DNA of 64,000 nt from Camelus dromedarius (Eukaryota): assembly GCF_036321535.1 (NCBI RefSeq), contig NC_087436.1:84942001-85006000 (forward strand), written 5' to 3'. Under the pieces are notes generated by a model. That model made no database searches. It worked only from the letters and a program-made list of their open reading frames with translations, and had not been told where the DNA came from. The first letter of the stretch is position 1. Each line of letters begins with the position of its first letter. The translations under genes and the position numbers were made by a program. This document shows, one piece after another, positions 36,863-49,843 of this stretch.

Positions 36863-37272
36863 TAGAATAGAAATCATAGAATCCTCTGGGCTTCAGAGAT
36901 CATATCAACTCATCCATGAGAAGAGGCTTGGCAATCCAGGTGGTAAATAGTCCCCCAAATGAGTGAATGTCAAGAGTTGGGACTCAGCTCTGTGTTTCCT
37001 GACCTCCTGTCAACTGACCAAAGTGCCACAGTGTGTATGATGATTTATCTCCCACTAATGCTTACAAGTGGTTATGTTAGTTTAATAACTTTCTTTTAAA
37101 ATTGAAGTCAAATCATAGTTATTTGCTTATTGAGTTAAGATATTTATCTTTAATTAGAGGTGTCAATAATGAAAATGTTTTATAAACTGGCTTCTTGGTA
37201 TGAGAGACATTTATGAAATTCAAGGATATTTGGGAAACCCAGAGAGCTTCACTAGTGACAATAACCCTATGG

Positions 37273-37700
37273 GGTTATGGGTTGAATTGTGTTCCCCCCA
37301 AATTCATACACTGAAGTTCTACCCCCTGTACCTCAAAATGTGATCTTATTCCTTATCGAGATAATCAAGTTAAAATTGGATGATTAGAGTGGACCGTAAT
37401 CCAGTATGTCTTCTGTCCTAATGAAAAGGGGGAATTTTGAGACAGGCACGCATACAGGGAGAATGTCATGTGTAAAGGAGGACAGAGGTTGGGTGATGCG
37501 TCTATAAGCCAGGGAAAACCAAATGTTGTTCAGAAACCTCCAGGAGCTAGGGGAACCTTGGAACACATCCTCTCTCACAGCTCTCAGAAGAAACAACCTT
37601 AGTTCTGGAAATCTAGCCTCCAGAACTGTGAGACCACACATTTCTGTTGTTTAAGCCTCCCAATTTGTGATACTTTGTTACAGCAGCCCTAGCAAACCCT
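37273..37700 (+). mobile_element. MLT1B/C-type MaLR solo LTR
   Basis: gttatgggttgaattgtgttcccc...tagcctccagaactgtgaga...ttctgttgtttaagcc...acagcagccctagcaaac. Confidence 0.9.
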
Positions 37701-38064
37701 AGCTAGGAAGATCACGTGGCCTCTCTGGGCTTTGGTTTCCTCATTTGTCAAGTGAGGGGTGACCCAGACAGATAAATAGTTTTTAGATGGTGTTCTGGGA
37801 GCCCTTTAGGGGCCTGTGGATGTGTTCCTGTGATACAAGAAAACTGTGAAGAAAAAAATGTATGTGTGTACGTATGTATTTATGTATGTTCATTCTGGAG
37901 TACCCTAGCCCCCTCCTCCTCTGTACCAGCTGCTCCCCCAGAAACAGATCCTCTCTACTTCCTGATAGGGAAAGGTCTCCAAGATGCTATGTGAAAAAAG
38001 CAAGCCTGTAGCAGTGTGTGTAGTATGTTCTCTTCTCTTTGTGTTAAAAAATGGAGGTAATCAA

Positions 38065-38482
38065 GAAGATGAGCAGTAACAACTGTTGGTGAGGATGTGG
38101 AGAACTGGAACACACATACATTGCTGGTGGGAGTGTAAAATGATGCAGCCCCGCTGGGAAAATAGGCTGGGTAAACCTTGAAATCATTATGCTGAGTGAA
38201 AGAAACTGGTCATAAGAGGCCACCTATTGCATGATTCCACTTACATGAAATGTCCAGAATAGGCAAATCTATGGTCTCAGAGAGTAGATTAATAGTTTCT
38301 TAGGCATAAGAAGGTGGGGGGCTGATAGCTAAGGGACATGGGCCTTCTTTTTGGAGTAATGAAAAAGTCCTTTAATTGGATAGTGGTGATGGTTGTACAA
38401 CTTCATGAATATACCAAAAGCTGCTTAATTGTATACTTTAAAAGTGAATTTTATGGTATATGAATTAAATTTTAATTAAAAA
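38065..38482 (+). mobile_element. L1MB-type 3' region, internally deleted, within older L1M sequence
   Basis: tgttggtgaggatgtggagaactggaac...atgaaatgtccagaataggcaaatctat...gtgaattttatggtatatgaatta. Confidence 0.85.
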
Positions 38483-39456
38483 CCCTCTGGAAGGGAATTA
38501 ACACATTTTAAAGGGGGCAAATAATTCAGGTTTTCTTGATTATGCACAAAAAAATTATATAAGGAGACTATGACACTTATCAGTGGTTACCCAGATTGGG
38601 AGGGGCTTCTGATGGAGTAGGAACTGAGCAGTTGGGAGATAAGTGAGAGAGAGAGATTTTTATTTAAAAAAAAACCATAATTATATGTACTGTTTAATGT
38701 TTTATAATTTTATATTAAAATTTGAACCATGTGAATATAGTATCTCTTAAAAATTAAAAAATAATACAATTAATTAAAACTGTATATGTTGTATTAGAAT
38801 TTTATTATGGTTAGTTTGGTATAACGTAGGTGTCAATCCCTAGATGTGAGAGCTTGAATACACATATTTAACTTTAGTTTTTAGATCATTTTGTTAATTT
38901 ATCTTTAGGAAACATATTTGTTGGATCCCCTTTCTACTTGTTTATGATGTTTGATTACTCATGCTGGACAATCCTTTCTCTTTTTAGAACAATTTCTTTT
39001 TTAAAATTATTTTTAATTTTTTTATTGAAGCGTAGTTGATTTGCAATATTATATTATTTTCAGATGTACAACACAGTGATCCAAAAATTTTTTATGAATT
39101 ATACTCCATTTAAAGTTATTATAAAAGATTGACTGTATTTTCTATGTTGTGCAATATATCCTTGTAGCTTATTTATTTTATACATAGTAGTTGGTACTCT
39201 TAATCCCTTGCCCTTGTCTTGGCCCTCCCTGCTTCCCTCTCCCTACCGGTAACCACTAGTTTTTTCTCTATATCTGTGAGTCTGTTTCTGTTTTGTTATA
39301 TTCATTCATTTGTCTTATTTTTCAGATTCTACATATAAGTGATGACATACACTGTTTGTCTTTCTTTGTCTGAATTATTTCACAAAGCATAATAACCTCC
39401 AGGTCCATCTTGAAAATGGCAAAATTTCAATCTTTTTAGTGGCTGAGTAATTCCAC

Positions 39457-39459
<3 letters not shown>

Positions 39460-39506
<47 letters not shown>

Positions 39507-39540
39507 TGTGTGTCTGTGTCTGTGTCTGTGTGCCTGTGTG
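39460..39540. repeat. (TG)n microsatellite inside the L1
   Basis: Read directly. Confidence 0.95.
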
Positions 39541-39670
39541 TATAATTATATCAATCACATTTTCTTTATCCATTCATCCTACTCATCTACTGATGGACAC
39601 TTAGGTTGCTTCCATATCTTGGCTATTGTAAATAATGCTGCTGTGAAAATTGGAGTGCATGTATCTTTTT

Positions 39671-39869
39671 TTTTTTTTTTTTTTTGAGTAAAAGCAGATT
39701 TATTCAGAGAGATACACACTCCATAGACCTAGTGGAGTGTAGGCCATCTCAGAAGGCCAGAGAGGCCACAAGGCAGGGAGTGTTGTTGGGGTGGTGAAAG
39801 TAAAAGTAGACACACGCTCCATAGGCAGAGTATGGGCCATCTCAGAAGGCAAGAGAGAGAGCGACCTGT
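39671..39869 (-). mobile_element. L1-mobilised retrocopy of a MER41-like LTR R region
   Basis: Poly(T) 39666-39685; TTTATT 39699-39704; reverse complement aligns with 15792-15959; TSD gtgcatgtatcttttt 39655-39670 / gtgcatatatcttttt 39870-39885. Confidence 0.85.
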
Positions 39870-41084
39870 GTGCATATATCTTTTTGAATTAGTTTTAATT
39901 TTCTTTGCATATATGCCCAGGAGTGGAATTGCTGGATCATATGGTAACTATATTTTTGGTTTTTTTAGGAATCTCCATACTGTTTTCCACAGTGGCTGCA
40001 TCAATTTAATTCCCACCAAAAGTGTACAAGAATTTCATTTTCTCCACATCCTTGCCAGCATTTGTTATTTGTGGTCTTTTTGATGATAGCCATTCTGACT
40101 GGTGAGAGGTGATATCTCATTGTGATTTTGATGTGTATTTCTCTGGTAATTCATGAAGTTGAGCATCTTTTCATGTGCCTGTTAGCCATTTGTATGCCTT
40201 CTTTGAACAAATGTCTATTCAGGTCACCTGCTTATTTTTTAATCAGATTGTTGTTGGTTTTTTTTTTTTTTTTATATTGAGTTGTTTGAGCTGTTTATAT
40301 ATTTTGGATAATAACTCCTTATTGGTCATATCATTTGCAAATATTTTCTCCCATTCAGTAGGTTGTCTTTTCATTTTGTTGATGATATCCTTTGCTGTGC
40401 AAAAGCTTTTAGGTTTAAGTAGGTCCCATTTGTTTATTTTTGTTTCCTTTGCCTTAGGAGACAGGGCCAAAAAGTATCGCTACAATTTATGTCAAAGAGT
40501 GTTCTACCTATTTTCTTCTAAGAGTTTTATGATTTCAGAGCTTACATTTAGATCTTTAATCCATCTTGGGTTTATTCTTGTATATGGTGTGAAAAAAAAG
40601 TTCTAATTTTCTTCTTTTACATGTAGCTGTCCAGCTGTCTTATTGAAAAGTCTTTTCTCCATTGTATATTCTTGCCTCCTTTGTCATAGATAAATTGACC
40701 ATAGTTATTTGGGTTTATTTCTGAGCTCTCTATTCTGTTCCATTGATCTCTGAGTCTCTTTTTGTGCCAGTACCACACTGTTTTGATTACTGTAGCTTTG
40801 TAGTATAATCTGAAGTCAGGGCACATGAATCTCTTTTTGGTACAATTTTTATTTTTTCTAGGACTATTTTGTTTACTTTTTATTTCTCTGCATTTGTTCC
40901 TCTTTGCATACATAAATGGAAATAAGTAGTCATCTTGTATACATATAAGCAGATGTGTAATTAGTGAAACAAAATGCTCACATATGAGAATATTCCTACT
41001 GATCAAAATCTCAAAATTAGTTTAAAAAAAGGAACCTTATCCTTTTTCATTTCAACTAATTTTTATCAATGTTTTATGAACTAT

Positions 41085-41293
41085 AATTTGCAACCAATTG
41101 GTTATTCATGCAATCAGTTTTTTTAAATTGGTTAAAGAGTTGAATAAAATAGAACTAGCCAGAGTTAATAAGAAGAGTGAGTAATATTTTGAACAGCATT
41201 TAAGATGGGGTGTGTGTGTGTATGTGTGTGTTTGTGTCTATAGTATAATTTTAGCTGTGGACCTTGGTTTTAAAAAATGTTTGAAAGTCACTG
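41085..41293 (-). mobile_element. Charlie4a-like hAT element
   Basis: Internal (TG)n tract and terminal ctgtggacc...aaaaaatgtttgaaagtcactg. Confidence 0.55.
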
Positions 41294-41449
41294 CTTTCTA
41301 TTAATTCTTTTCTTTTCAATATTGTTATGAATTTATATCTTTCATAGATTCAGTTAATTTTAGTTAACCAAAATAATGACTAATTGTTATTACTCTGATT
41401 AGTAATCACTAATTACTATTATTCATATTATTATAATTAAACATTATTA

Positions 41450-42235
41450 TTATTATTTCCATTGATGCTCAAATTAGGACAACTTGACCAGTGAGAGTTC
41501 TTTTAAATTGGCTCCTGTGAAATTCATCAGTGTTATTTTAGCAGTAGTTTGTTCTTTTCTATTGAATAAAATTTTATTGTATCAAAATCCCACAAGTTGT
41601 TTCTCCATTTTCCTTTTGATGGACATTTGTGTTATTTCTGTTTTGAAGCTATTTTTAATAAAACTGCTACAAACATTCTTGTGCAAGTCTTTTTGTGGAC
41701 ATAAGCATTTCTTTCTCTTGGATATACTATATATATTAGAAGTAGAATTATAGGTCATTGGGCAGGCAGATGTCTATTTAACTTTCAGAGAAATTGGGAA
41801 GCAGTTTTCCAATGTGGTTGTACAGTTTTATACTCACACCAGCAGTGTATAATAATTCCTATTGCTCCATTTTATTGCCAACATTGGTATTATTAATCTT
41901 TTAATTTTAGCTACTCTGATAGGTATGTGGTGGCATCTCATGGAAGTTTTAATTTGCATTTTCCTGATGACTAAAGATGTTCAGCACCCTTTTAGCATGC
42001 TTATTGATTATTTAGATAACTTCTTTTGTGGCGTGCCTGTTTAACTCTTTTGCTCATTTAAAATATATATTATTGATTTTTAAAATCTTTTTTGTTAGTC
42101 TGTGGCTTGTTTTTTCACTTTGGTAATGATGTCTTTTGGTGAATAGATGTTTATAAATTTGATGAGATCCAGTTTATCTATTTTCTTTTAAAGTTAATAT
42201 CTTTTGTGTACATTAATATCTTTTTGTGTAAGGAG
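41450..42235 (-). mobile_element. Old L1M fragments (L1MC4/L1ME-like)
   Basis: gatggacatttgtgttatttc...gttttccaatgtggttgtacagttttatactcacaccagcagtgtat...ttaatttgcattttcctgatgact. Confidence 0.8.
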
Positions 42236-42597
42236 CCGTTGTTTATCTTAGTGTCTTGAATAGTGGGCTACTCTGGACAGAAACAGAGGAAAGTGTGTAT
42301 CTTTTTGAGTTTTATGAGTTCACACTTATTTTTAAATTTTGGCTTATTGTTTCTCATTTGTTTCATGTGTATTTCTTATTTAGCTTGTTATTCTCTACTT
42401 TCCTTATAATGTTGATCACTAAGACTTTCTCCTGCATTTATAACATAAGCTTTACTTGGGAAAAAAGGTCTTAAAACTTAAAAGAAAATATATGAAACCC
42501 CCCACCAGACTACATGGTATTTAAAGTTAATGTTATTTCCAAGATGTTATGATTTTCTGATTCACTCTGTGAGGATTATCTAGGCAGAATTGTTGAC

Positions 42598-43480
42598 TAG
42601 GACAAATCCAGGTTTTGTGGAACTTGAAGCTTGTATGAGTTTGGGGATCACTTTTTAAGAAACAGAGTTTTACAGACCATTTCATTTGGGATTGCCTCAT
42701 TTCAAGATGTCTCCAATATGCCAAGATGTGATCTGATGTGCTGAGATACATAGATGTGTAAGTTTGCTTCTCACTGTTTGTAGTGTTGCTGTAAATTTGT
42801 ACCTTACATTCATAGGAATTGTAAAAATTTTTGTTTTGTAGGATTTCTGTAAAAAATACATATGCTGTGTTTATATTAAGTTGTATACATGGCAGTATAG
42901 AGCATATTTATGATGAAATAAAAATTCCATTTTGACTAAGGGATAATGAGGTCAGATTTTCAACTTACAATTTTACGCATCTGATGATTGGAAGAACCCT
43001 CCACAGACTAGCTTCTGGCTCTGTCTCTCTCCATTTTCATAACACAGTATATTCAATGCCCTTCATCTTCATATCATGATTGCAGATGAGTCACAGATTG
43101 GGCACTTGAATTATTCCTGGAAGAAATTATACCCTCGAAGTGTTAGCAGTACCTAATTATATAGAAAAGTGACTGATAACTGCATCAATTTATCCCACTA
43201 AATCCAAGTTAATTGCATCTCCAACTCAACTTCCACTTAGCTGGATCTTCTGAATACCTCTGGTCACTCCAGTGCCACCCAACAAGATGGAAAATGTGAT
43301 GCTAGTGAAAAGAGAAAGCTACCTTAAACAACTGTAGTTAAAATATCTTCTGCAAAACTTACAAAAATATAAGTTCATGTGAATATGTTGCTGGAGCCTC
43401 TCTCAGACTTTGAAAAGGGCCTGTGCAAGAGAGGGGTTCTAAAGCTTAAGATTCATTATTTCATGGTAAATCTGCCTATG
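42598..43480 (-). mobile_element. Zaphod/MER115-like hAT-Tip100 element, internally deleted
   Basis: Ends resemble both termini: atccaggttttgtgg..cttgaagctt and aagcttaagattcattatttcatggtaaatctgcc. Confidence 0.75.
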
Positions 43481-45254
43481 CTTAGTACTTAAAATTAGAA
43501 ATGTAAAAGAAGCAAGATACACACATTATTTAATAATTACTCTCTGTTGTAAATATTAGATAATATTTAAGTTTAGTTTATAGTACATTAGATACTGATG
43601 CGTATACTATATATTGTAGAAAACACTTAACCCTTTAGTACTTGGCCCATATTAGGTAGCCGAAAATGTTTAGGAATAAGTATATGCATGAAAAAATATT
43701 TAAAATATGTGATAGTTGGGACTGTTACAAAAGACTAACATACAAGCAACTTATCCCCATTGTTCATTAAATCTTACCATTGGAAGTGTTGAGAATCATG
43801 TGATAATGTAATTTAAAAGAAAGGTTCTATTTATTGAGTGTCACTCTGTGTCAAATATTGTGAGACACATAATTACACTATATTTGTTTAAAATTGTATT
43901 TTTCTGAAATCTTTTTAATATTTCAATAATGATTAAGAATGATGCCTTTTATTCCACTTAATGACTCACGCACTCACTGATGTCAACAGTATTTGAATTA
44001 AAGCTGTGGTTCCATCATGAAATAATTCTACCATGTTTCACAATGAGTACTTTTAGAAAATATTTTCCAGTAACTATTTTAGTAGAAAAATAGTGAAAAA
44101 TATTCCCTAACTATTTGCCCTGATCTGAAAAATATTTCTGACATCTGCAGTTACATATTTTGACAGTCATGTGAATCGAATATGAACAAAGCAAACTTTT
44201 AGATACTAAGGAAAGATACCGTGGAAAGAGAGAGAAAGCAATTGTTTTAGAGGAAATTATTATTTATTCCAGGACATAGTCCAAGTGCATAACATGAGAA
44301 GATTCTTAGAACAATTATAATAATTTTTGTAACCATATTGTAAAAAAAGTGGTTATTGCAATAAAATTATTGGAGAATATGCTGATAGCATTGTTTTAAA
44401 GTTTACTGAATATTTTAAGTTTGATATTTCCATGATGTTGGGGTGGGTCAAGGCAGAAATTTAGGATTCTAAACAATGATCTCCTGAGTAGCTAAATTAG
44501 TTTAATCAACACTTTTAAGTTGATAAAAATAACATATCTTGTTTGCACATCCTTAATGTATAATGATATTTGCATATGGCTCACATTTGATTCCATTTAA
44601 TTAAATGAAATTATTTACGTGAAGTGCCAAGGTCACATTGCCTGGCGCAAAGAAAAATGTAAAGTATATTAGTTGCAACCCTTATCTCCTAATTAAATTG
44701 AACCAAAATGTCAGTTGCATACTATTGTGCCCAAAGTTATGCTAGACTGTCTAATTTTTAAAAAATATATCTTTTTGTTTAATTTAAGATATAAATGTAA
44801 CTCAGAATTTGAAAAAAAAAAACCCTGTAAAAATCAGCAGCATTTAACCCAATATTGACTTAAGTTTCAAGTTATAACAAGCAGGGAATGAAAATAAAGA
44901 TTATGATATTATCTCTATCCTTGATGTGTTTCCAGCTTTCCTGCCACAATTTGAGAATAAAGTGCTCAGTTGTCTTATAAAAATGGCAGGTGGGTAGCTA
45001 TTTGGAGAAGGACAGTAATGTGGCCTGGAAGAGTCAGAATGTCAACTCCATCTTAATAAATGGGAAAGGTTTGGCTAGGCAGTGACAAAAGAGGGAGCTT
45101 CCTAGGAGAGTAAATGTTTTGTCATTCATAAACATAGCAGGTAGTTTTTTAAAAACTATTTTGAAATACAGATAGTATAGTGGCATTTGGTGATGCCATT
45201 AGGTTTGAGGTTACAGGAACATCCCTTAACAGTGCTTTGCTAAATCGTGCTCTT

Positions 45255-45313
45255 TAGAAATTCAGAGGACTCAGAATAGCCAAGACAGTCTTGAAAAAGA
45301 AGAGCAAAGTTGG
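45255..45313 (+). mobile_element. Tiny L1 ORF2 fragment
   Basis: cagaatagccaagacagtcttgaaaaagaagagcaaagttgg (RIAKTVLKKKSKVG). Confidence 0.7.
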
Positions 45314-45491
45314 TCAAAGGTTATGTGTAAGCCTCCTTAGCCAGTTAGATTTTTACCTTTTACCATCGAATGTGTGTGCACCTTGGAGGCTGCTACATAG
45401 TTCAGAGAGTTTACTTTTGTTATGCTTGTATCGCACCTTTTCAGCTGGGAGCAGGATCTTGGAGTTTCCTTCTCTGATTGCTCCTGAGGGA

Positions 45492-46098
45492 TGTTGGGGA
45501 AATAGTTCAAAAACAAATCTTTTCCCAACCCAGAAATCTTCTCCACAGCAGACATAGAGAAAGAAGCAGTTTTATTATGGACTAAGCATTAAACAAGAAG
45601 GTGATGTACATCACAGGCAGTCCGCTAAGAGGTTGTAAAGACGGAAGGAAATCCCCGCCATTTTATGTAGCCCAGCAGATGTAATCCACGGCACATGTGT
45701 TTTCAAGATAAACAATGACTAGTCAAGTAAGGGGACTTGACGGCACCTTTGTCACACATAGTTTGTGCTAACTTTACCTGGTAGTTGGGGTGACCATCTA
45801 TGTTGGCTAATTGGCTTTATCCAGTAAAAACCAATTTCTCCTGTCTGTATGACATGAGAAGAGGCAGCTTTGCAGCTTGGAGCAAGGCCCCACTGAAGTT
45901 AAGCTCCTACCTGCGCACAGACACTGGGAGGTAGAGGCACAGTCTCCCTCCATGGTGACATCGCAAAGAGTTGGCTCCCAGGTTCTCAAGAAAGACAGTG
46001 CTGGGTCACAAAGCTGAAAAAGGCTGATCGAGTCTTCAAAAGGATTTATATGCATTTCAAAGAGAGGAGAACTTTTATACTTCTGATCGTAAATCTCA
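45492..46098 (-). mobile_element. ERV1 solo LTR, MER90/MER110-like
   Basis: tgttgggga...ccaacccagaaa...ttttatta...catcacaggcagtccgctaagag...ggggtgaccatc...tttcaaagagagg...tca. Confidence 0.75.
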
Positions 46099-46859
46099 TA
46101 CTCTGCACCTGACTGAGATGGCCTTGAATTGCCTCTTACTTATTTGAATATGGAAGAGTGTAACGCAGTCAAGCAATCTTCCTGAGGCTGTGGAGTCAAT
46201 CTGATTTATGACTGCCACAGTACGCTCTGAAGAGCAGGTGCATTTCTTCTTCTATATACCTGAAGGAAAGAATCTCCCTTATTAAATTAAGTTTAATTAG
46301 ATTCTTTTGAGAACTTGTCTCAGAATGACATAGACTGGACAGGCAGACAATCTCCCAGGATCAGTAAACAGGAAGGATCCCCAAGATCCAATGCCAGACG
46401 ACAGGTGGGACTTGGGTCAGAAAAAAAGCAGAGCAAGATATCTGAGCATCTGTGCTAGTCCTTTGAGACTGGATAATATGCAGATAAATGGGTCTTGGTG
46501 TTCGGAAACCTATACTTTGGAAATCTATTTTTCCTTTCACATTTAGTATACTTATCCTTTAAAAATGTTTGCTCATCTCAGATAAGGACAGGACTATTTC
46601 TTTGTCCTTGTGTGGACAACCACACTTCAGAGACTTGGACAAGATGGGAGTGATAGAAATCAAAGCAAGAGAACACCAGGAAGGAGCCACATCCAGGAAA
46701 TCAGTGAGGGGTGGGGCATGGGCACCTCGTCCATGTCTTCTAGAGCTTGGCCAGCTTGGATTTCATTTGTGTGAGTGGCTATTACCTCCCATGTTCCCCA
46801 CTGAAGCAGAGTGGCAAGCTCTGACCGTTATCGCTTGTGCAGCATTGGAATAATCCCTG

Positions 46860-47255
46860 AAGCCCAGCGTGCCCCGACAGCTGCCTCCCCTGCTGACCTG
46901 GGCTCACCTGGCCCGCTCACCGTGCTCGGTGACCAGCTTGTTCCTGCCTCCTGACAACGCTACGCTCACTGACTGCTCTGCCCGGGGGCTCTTTCCATGA
47001 ACTTTCCTTTCCTTGTTCCCATCTCAGGTTGACATATCACCTCTTCAGACAGACATTCCCATCATGTGACCACTTCCCTCCCAGTCTCCCGCACATGTTC
47101 TTATCAAACTTTTCAGAGCTCTTATTACTTCTGAAATTATGTTGTTTATCTGCTTACTTTCATGCTTATTGTTGTCTTCCTCCCTCTGGTTTATCAGCTC
47201 CACAAGGCATGTGGTAGACACAATACATATCTGTTGAATGAATTAAGTGAATGAT
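46860..47255 (+). mobile_element. L2 3' end
   Basis: atatcacctcttcagacag...tcagctccacaagg...tctgttgaatgaattaagtgaatg tail. Confidence 0.7.
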
Positions 47256-47804
47256 GGTGAAATAAAAGAGAAAAAGTTATGTGTGTGTGTAGGGATGTAT
47301 GTGCAAGGATGCATCTGTTTATGCCTTGATTTATTTCACAGAAGGATGTGAGGTGGCTTACAAGACGCACCTGACTTTGAATCTAGGCATCAATTAATTT
47401 CTCACTTTATGGGTATTTATGCCATTTTCATTGTGATCTGCTTATTCAATTGCAAAAAAGGGCATAGATTTTACTTTCTGGTGCTCACTGACTGTGTAAA
47501 ATGGCTGCTTCTCTACTTCATGTCTGTTGCACTATTAATAATCGATTGCTCCGATTGCTAGCTATTTTTCAAATCACCACTAAATGTTTCAGTGTTTTTT
47601 TTTTTTTGCTCTGATAGGTACAATATAAAAATGTAGGAGCAACTAAATCAAGTTACATACTTTATCAGCAGAAAGATCAATGCGTTTTTTTTCAAATGTG
47701 AGAGTGTTTGTCAGTATTTTGTTGATCTACCAGGCTTATTTCCATCATATGTGAAATTTTAGTAAATTTGCATCTCTGTTATTATTCATGACCAGTGAAG
47801 ACAT

Positions 47805-48118
47805 GTAAAAAGAGAGGTCAGACTAGATATCACTTGTATGTGGAATCTTAAAAAAAAATGACACAAATGAACTTATTTATAAAACAGAAAGAAACTCACA
47901 AGCATAGAAAACAAACTTATGTTACCAGGGGGAATGGGGTAGGGGAGGGATAAAATCGGAGGTTTGGGATTTGCAGATACTAACTACTATAAATAAAATA
48001 GATAAGCAACAAGGTCCTACTGTATAGCACAGGGAATATTTTCCCGTGGGAATAGACACCCATTCAATATTGTAATGGCCTATAATGAAAAAGAATAGGA
48101 AAAGGAATGTATATATAG
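47805..48118 (+). mobile_element. Lineage-specific L1 3'UTR fragment
   Basis: gatatcacttgtatgtggaatct...acaaatgaacttatt...gatttgcagatactaactact...ctgtatagcacaggga. Confidence 0.9.
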
Positions 48119-48440
48119 GCATCCCCAAACATTTAAATTTTCTAAAAATGATCTGTTGTGAATTTGAGGGAGCAGAGGGAAAAGTTTCCAATAGAAGAGG
48201 TGACAGGCAACACTCCTTACTGCTGGGAATCTCTTCAAGTTTGTGTCATAGTCATAGCCATCCTGGACCTCCAGTCTGACCTGTGGCTCATGGTCAGCTT
48301 GTTGGACAGACATTACAAGATACAAATTTTCCTTTTGTTGTTAAAAAGAATTTCCCAATTAGAATGGACCATTTATCAGCTGTACCTGGACATTCAGGCT
48401 ACACGTGGAATAGGTTGTTTTTACTTAACCATTTGCAATG

Positions 48441-48631
48441 TAGTTTATCTCAAAGTGTGTGAACCTCAGGCATCAGAAAGTCCCCACCCCTCTGCATGTG
48501 TGGCTAAAATGCACATTCCTTGGCCTCACCCCAGACCTGCTGAATCAGAATCTGATTCTGATGCTCAGGGATCTGCAAGTTTCACAAATTCTCCAGGTGA
48601 TTCTTCTTCACACTCAGGTTTGAAAACCATC
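48441..48631. mobile_element. MER5A hAT-Charlie MITE
   Basis: aaaatgcacattccttggcctcaccccagacctgctgaatcagaatct...ctccaggtgattct...gtttgaaaacca. Confidence 0.85.
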
Positions 48632-49159
48632 ATGTTAATGAGCTGGTAATAATTCCCCTCTGACCATCCTGCTGAAAGCATAGAAGCAAGGTAGCGTGAC
48701 TTAGTAAGCAAATCCTACGTCATTATCCTGAAAGAAAATGAGCTTGGCCTGTAAAACAGGTTGATTTGCCTTGTGATATATAACCCGTACAGTAACTCTA
48801 TTTGAGTATCTTCCTCTTTAATTTCTGTTCTGGAATTTATTTTTGAGTGATTATAAAAACACAAATTTTTAAGTTACTATTTAATTTAAAGTAATAAATA
48901 AAATCATTTGATTCCCTTCTTAATGTTCCAAAAGTATATACTAGTTTAATTTAATTTAGTGTCACTTGGAGATATATAATAATTTCTTTGACCATAACCA
49001 CTACCACCCTCATAGTGATAAAACAAAGTAAGAAAAAAAGTAAGAAAAGAACTCCTCATACTTTAAATGTTTTAAAAGTAACTCTTTAAAACTAATGTGA
49101 TGATCATTGTTCATATATCCTTCTAATGCAGTTTTTAATCTATTAAAGACCATCAATAT

Positions 49160-49843
49160 ATTTTAAAATCATAGTAAAATACACTTAACATAAAACTTAC
49201 CATCTTAACCAGTTTTGAGGGTACAGTCCATTGTGTTAAAAATAGTCATATTATTGTACAGCCAATCTCCAGAACTTTTTTATCTTATGAAACTGAAACT
49301 CTATACCCATTAATTAACAACTCCCCATTTTCTCCCTCCCCCAGGCCCTGGCAACCACCATTCTATTTTCTGTTTCTATGAATTTGACTACTCTGGGGAC
49401 CTCATATAGGAGGAATTATACAGTATTTATCCTTCTGTGACTAGCTTATTTCACTTAGCATAATGTCCTCAAGGTTTATCCATGTTGTAGCATGTGTCAA
49501 AATTTCCTTTTTATTAAGGAAGTGAATAATCCATTGCATGTATATACCACACTTTGTTCATTCATTCATCCGCTGGTGGATGCTTGAGTTGCTTCCCTAT
49601 TTTGGCTGTTATGAATAATGCTGCTCTAAACATGGGTGTACAAATACCTCTATGAGACCCTGCTTTCAAATTTTTGACCACAAACCCGGAAGTGGAAATG
49701 AGGGATCATATGGTAGTTCTATTTTTAATTTTTTGAGGAACTGCCGTACTGTTTTTCCATAGCAGCTGTGCCATTTTACACTCCCATCAACATTGCACAT
49801 GGGTTTCAATTTCTCCACATCCTTGCCAACACTTGTTATTTCC
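49160..49843 (-). mobile_element. L1MB-type 3' fragment with preserved TSD
   Basis: ccctggcaaccaccattcta...cttatttcacttagcataatgtcctcaagg...; TSD aaagaccatcaatat 49145-49159 / aaagatcatcaatat 49844-49858. Confidence 0.9.

Larger units (their letters stand above)
38996..40829 (-). mobile_element. 5'-truncated L1 (ORF2 C-terminus plus 3'UTR), decayed
   Basis: ORF2 peptides [18 protein letters not shown]...DQWNRIE and KINKWDLLKPKSFCTAK...RQPTEWEKIFAN; TSD tctctttttagaacaattt 38977-38995 / tctctttttggtacaattt 40830-40848. Confidence 0.95.

Noticed and set aside
40175..41006. ORFs of 75-143 aa
   Set aside because: These are broken L1 ORF2 C-terminal pieces or their antisense frames, not a functional CDS.
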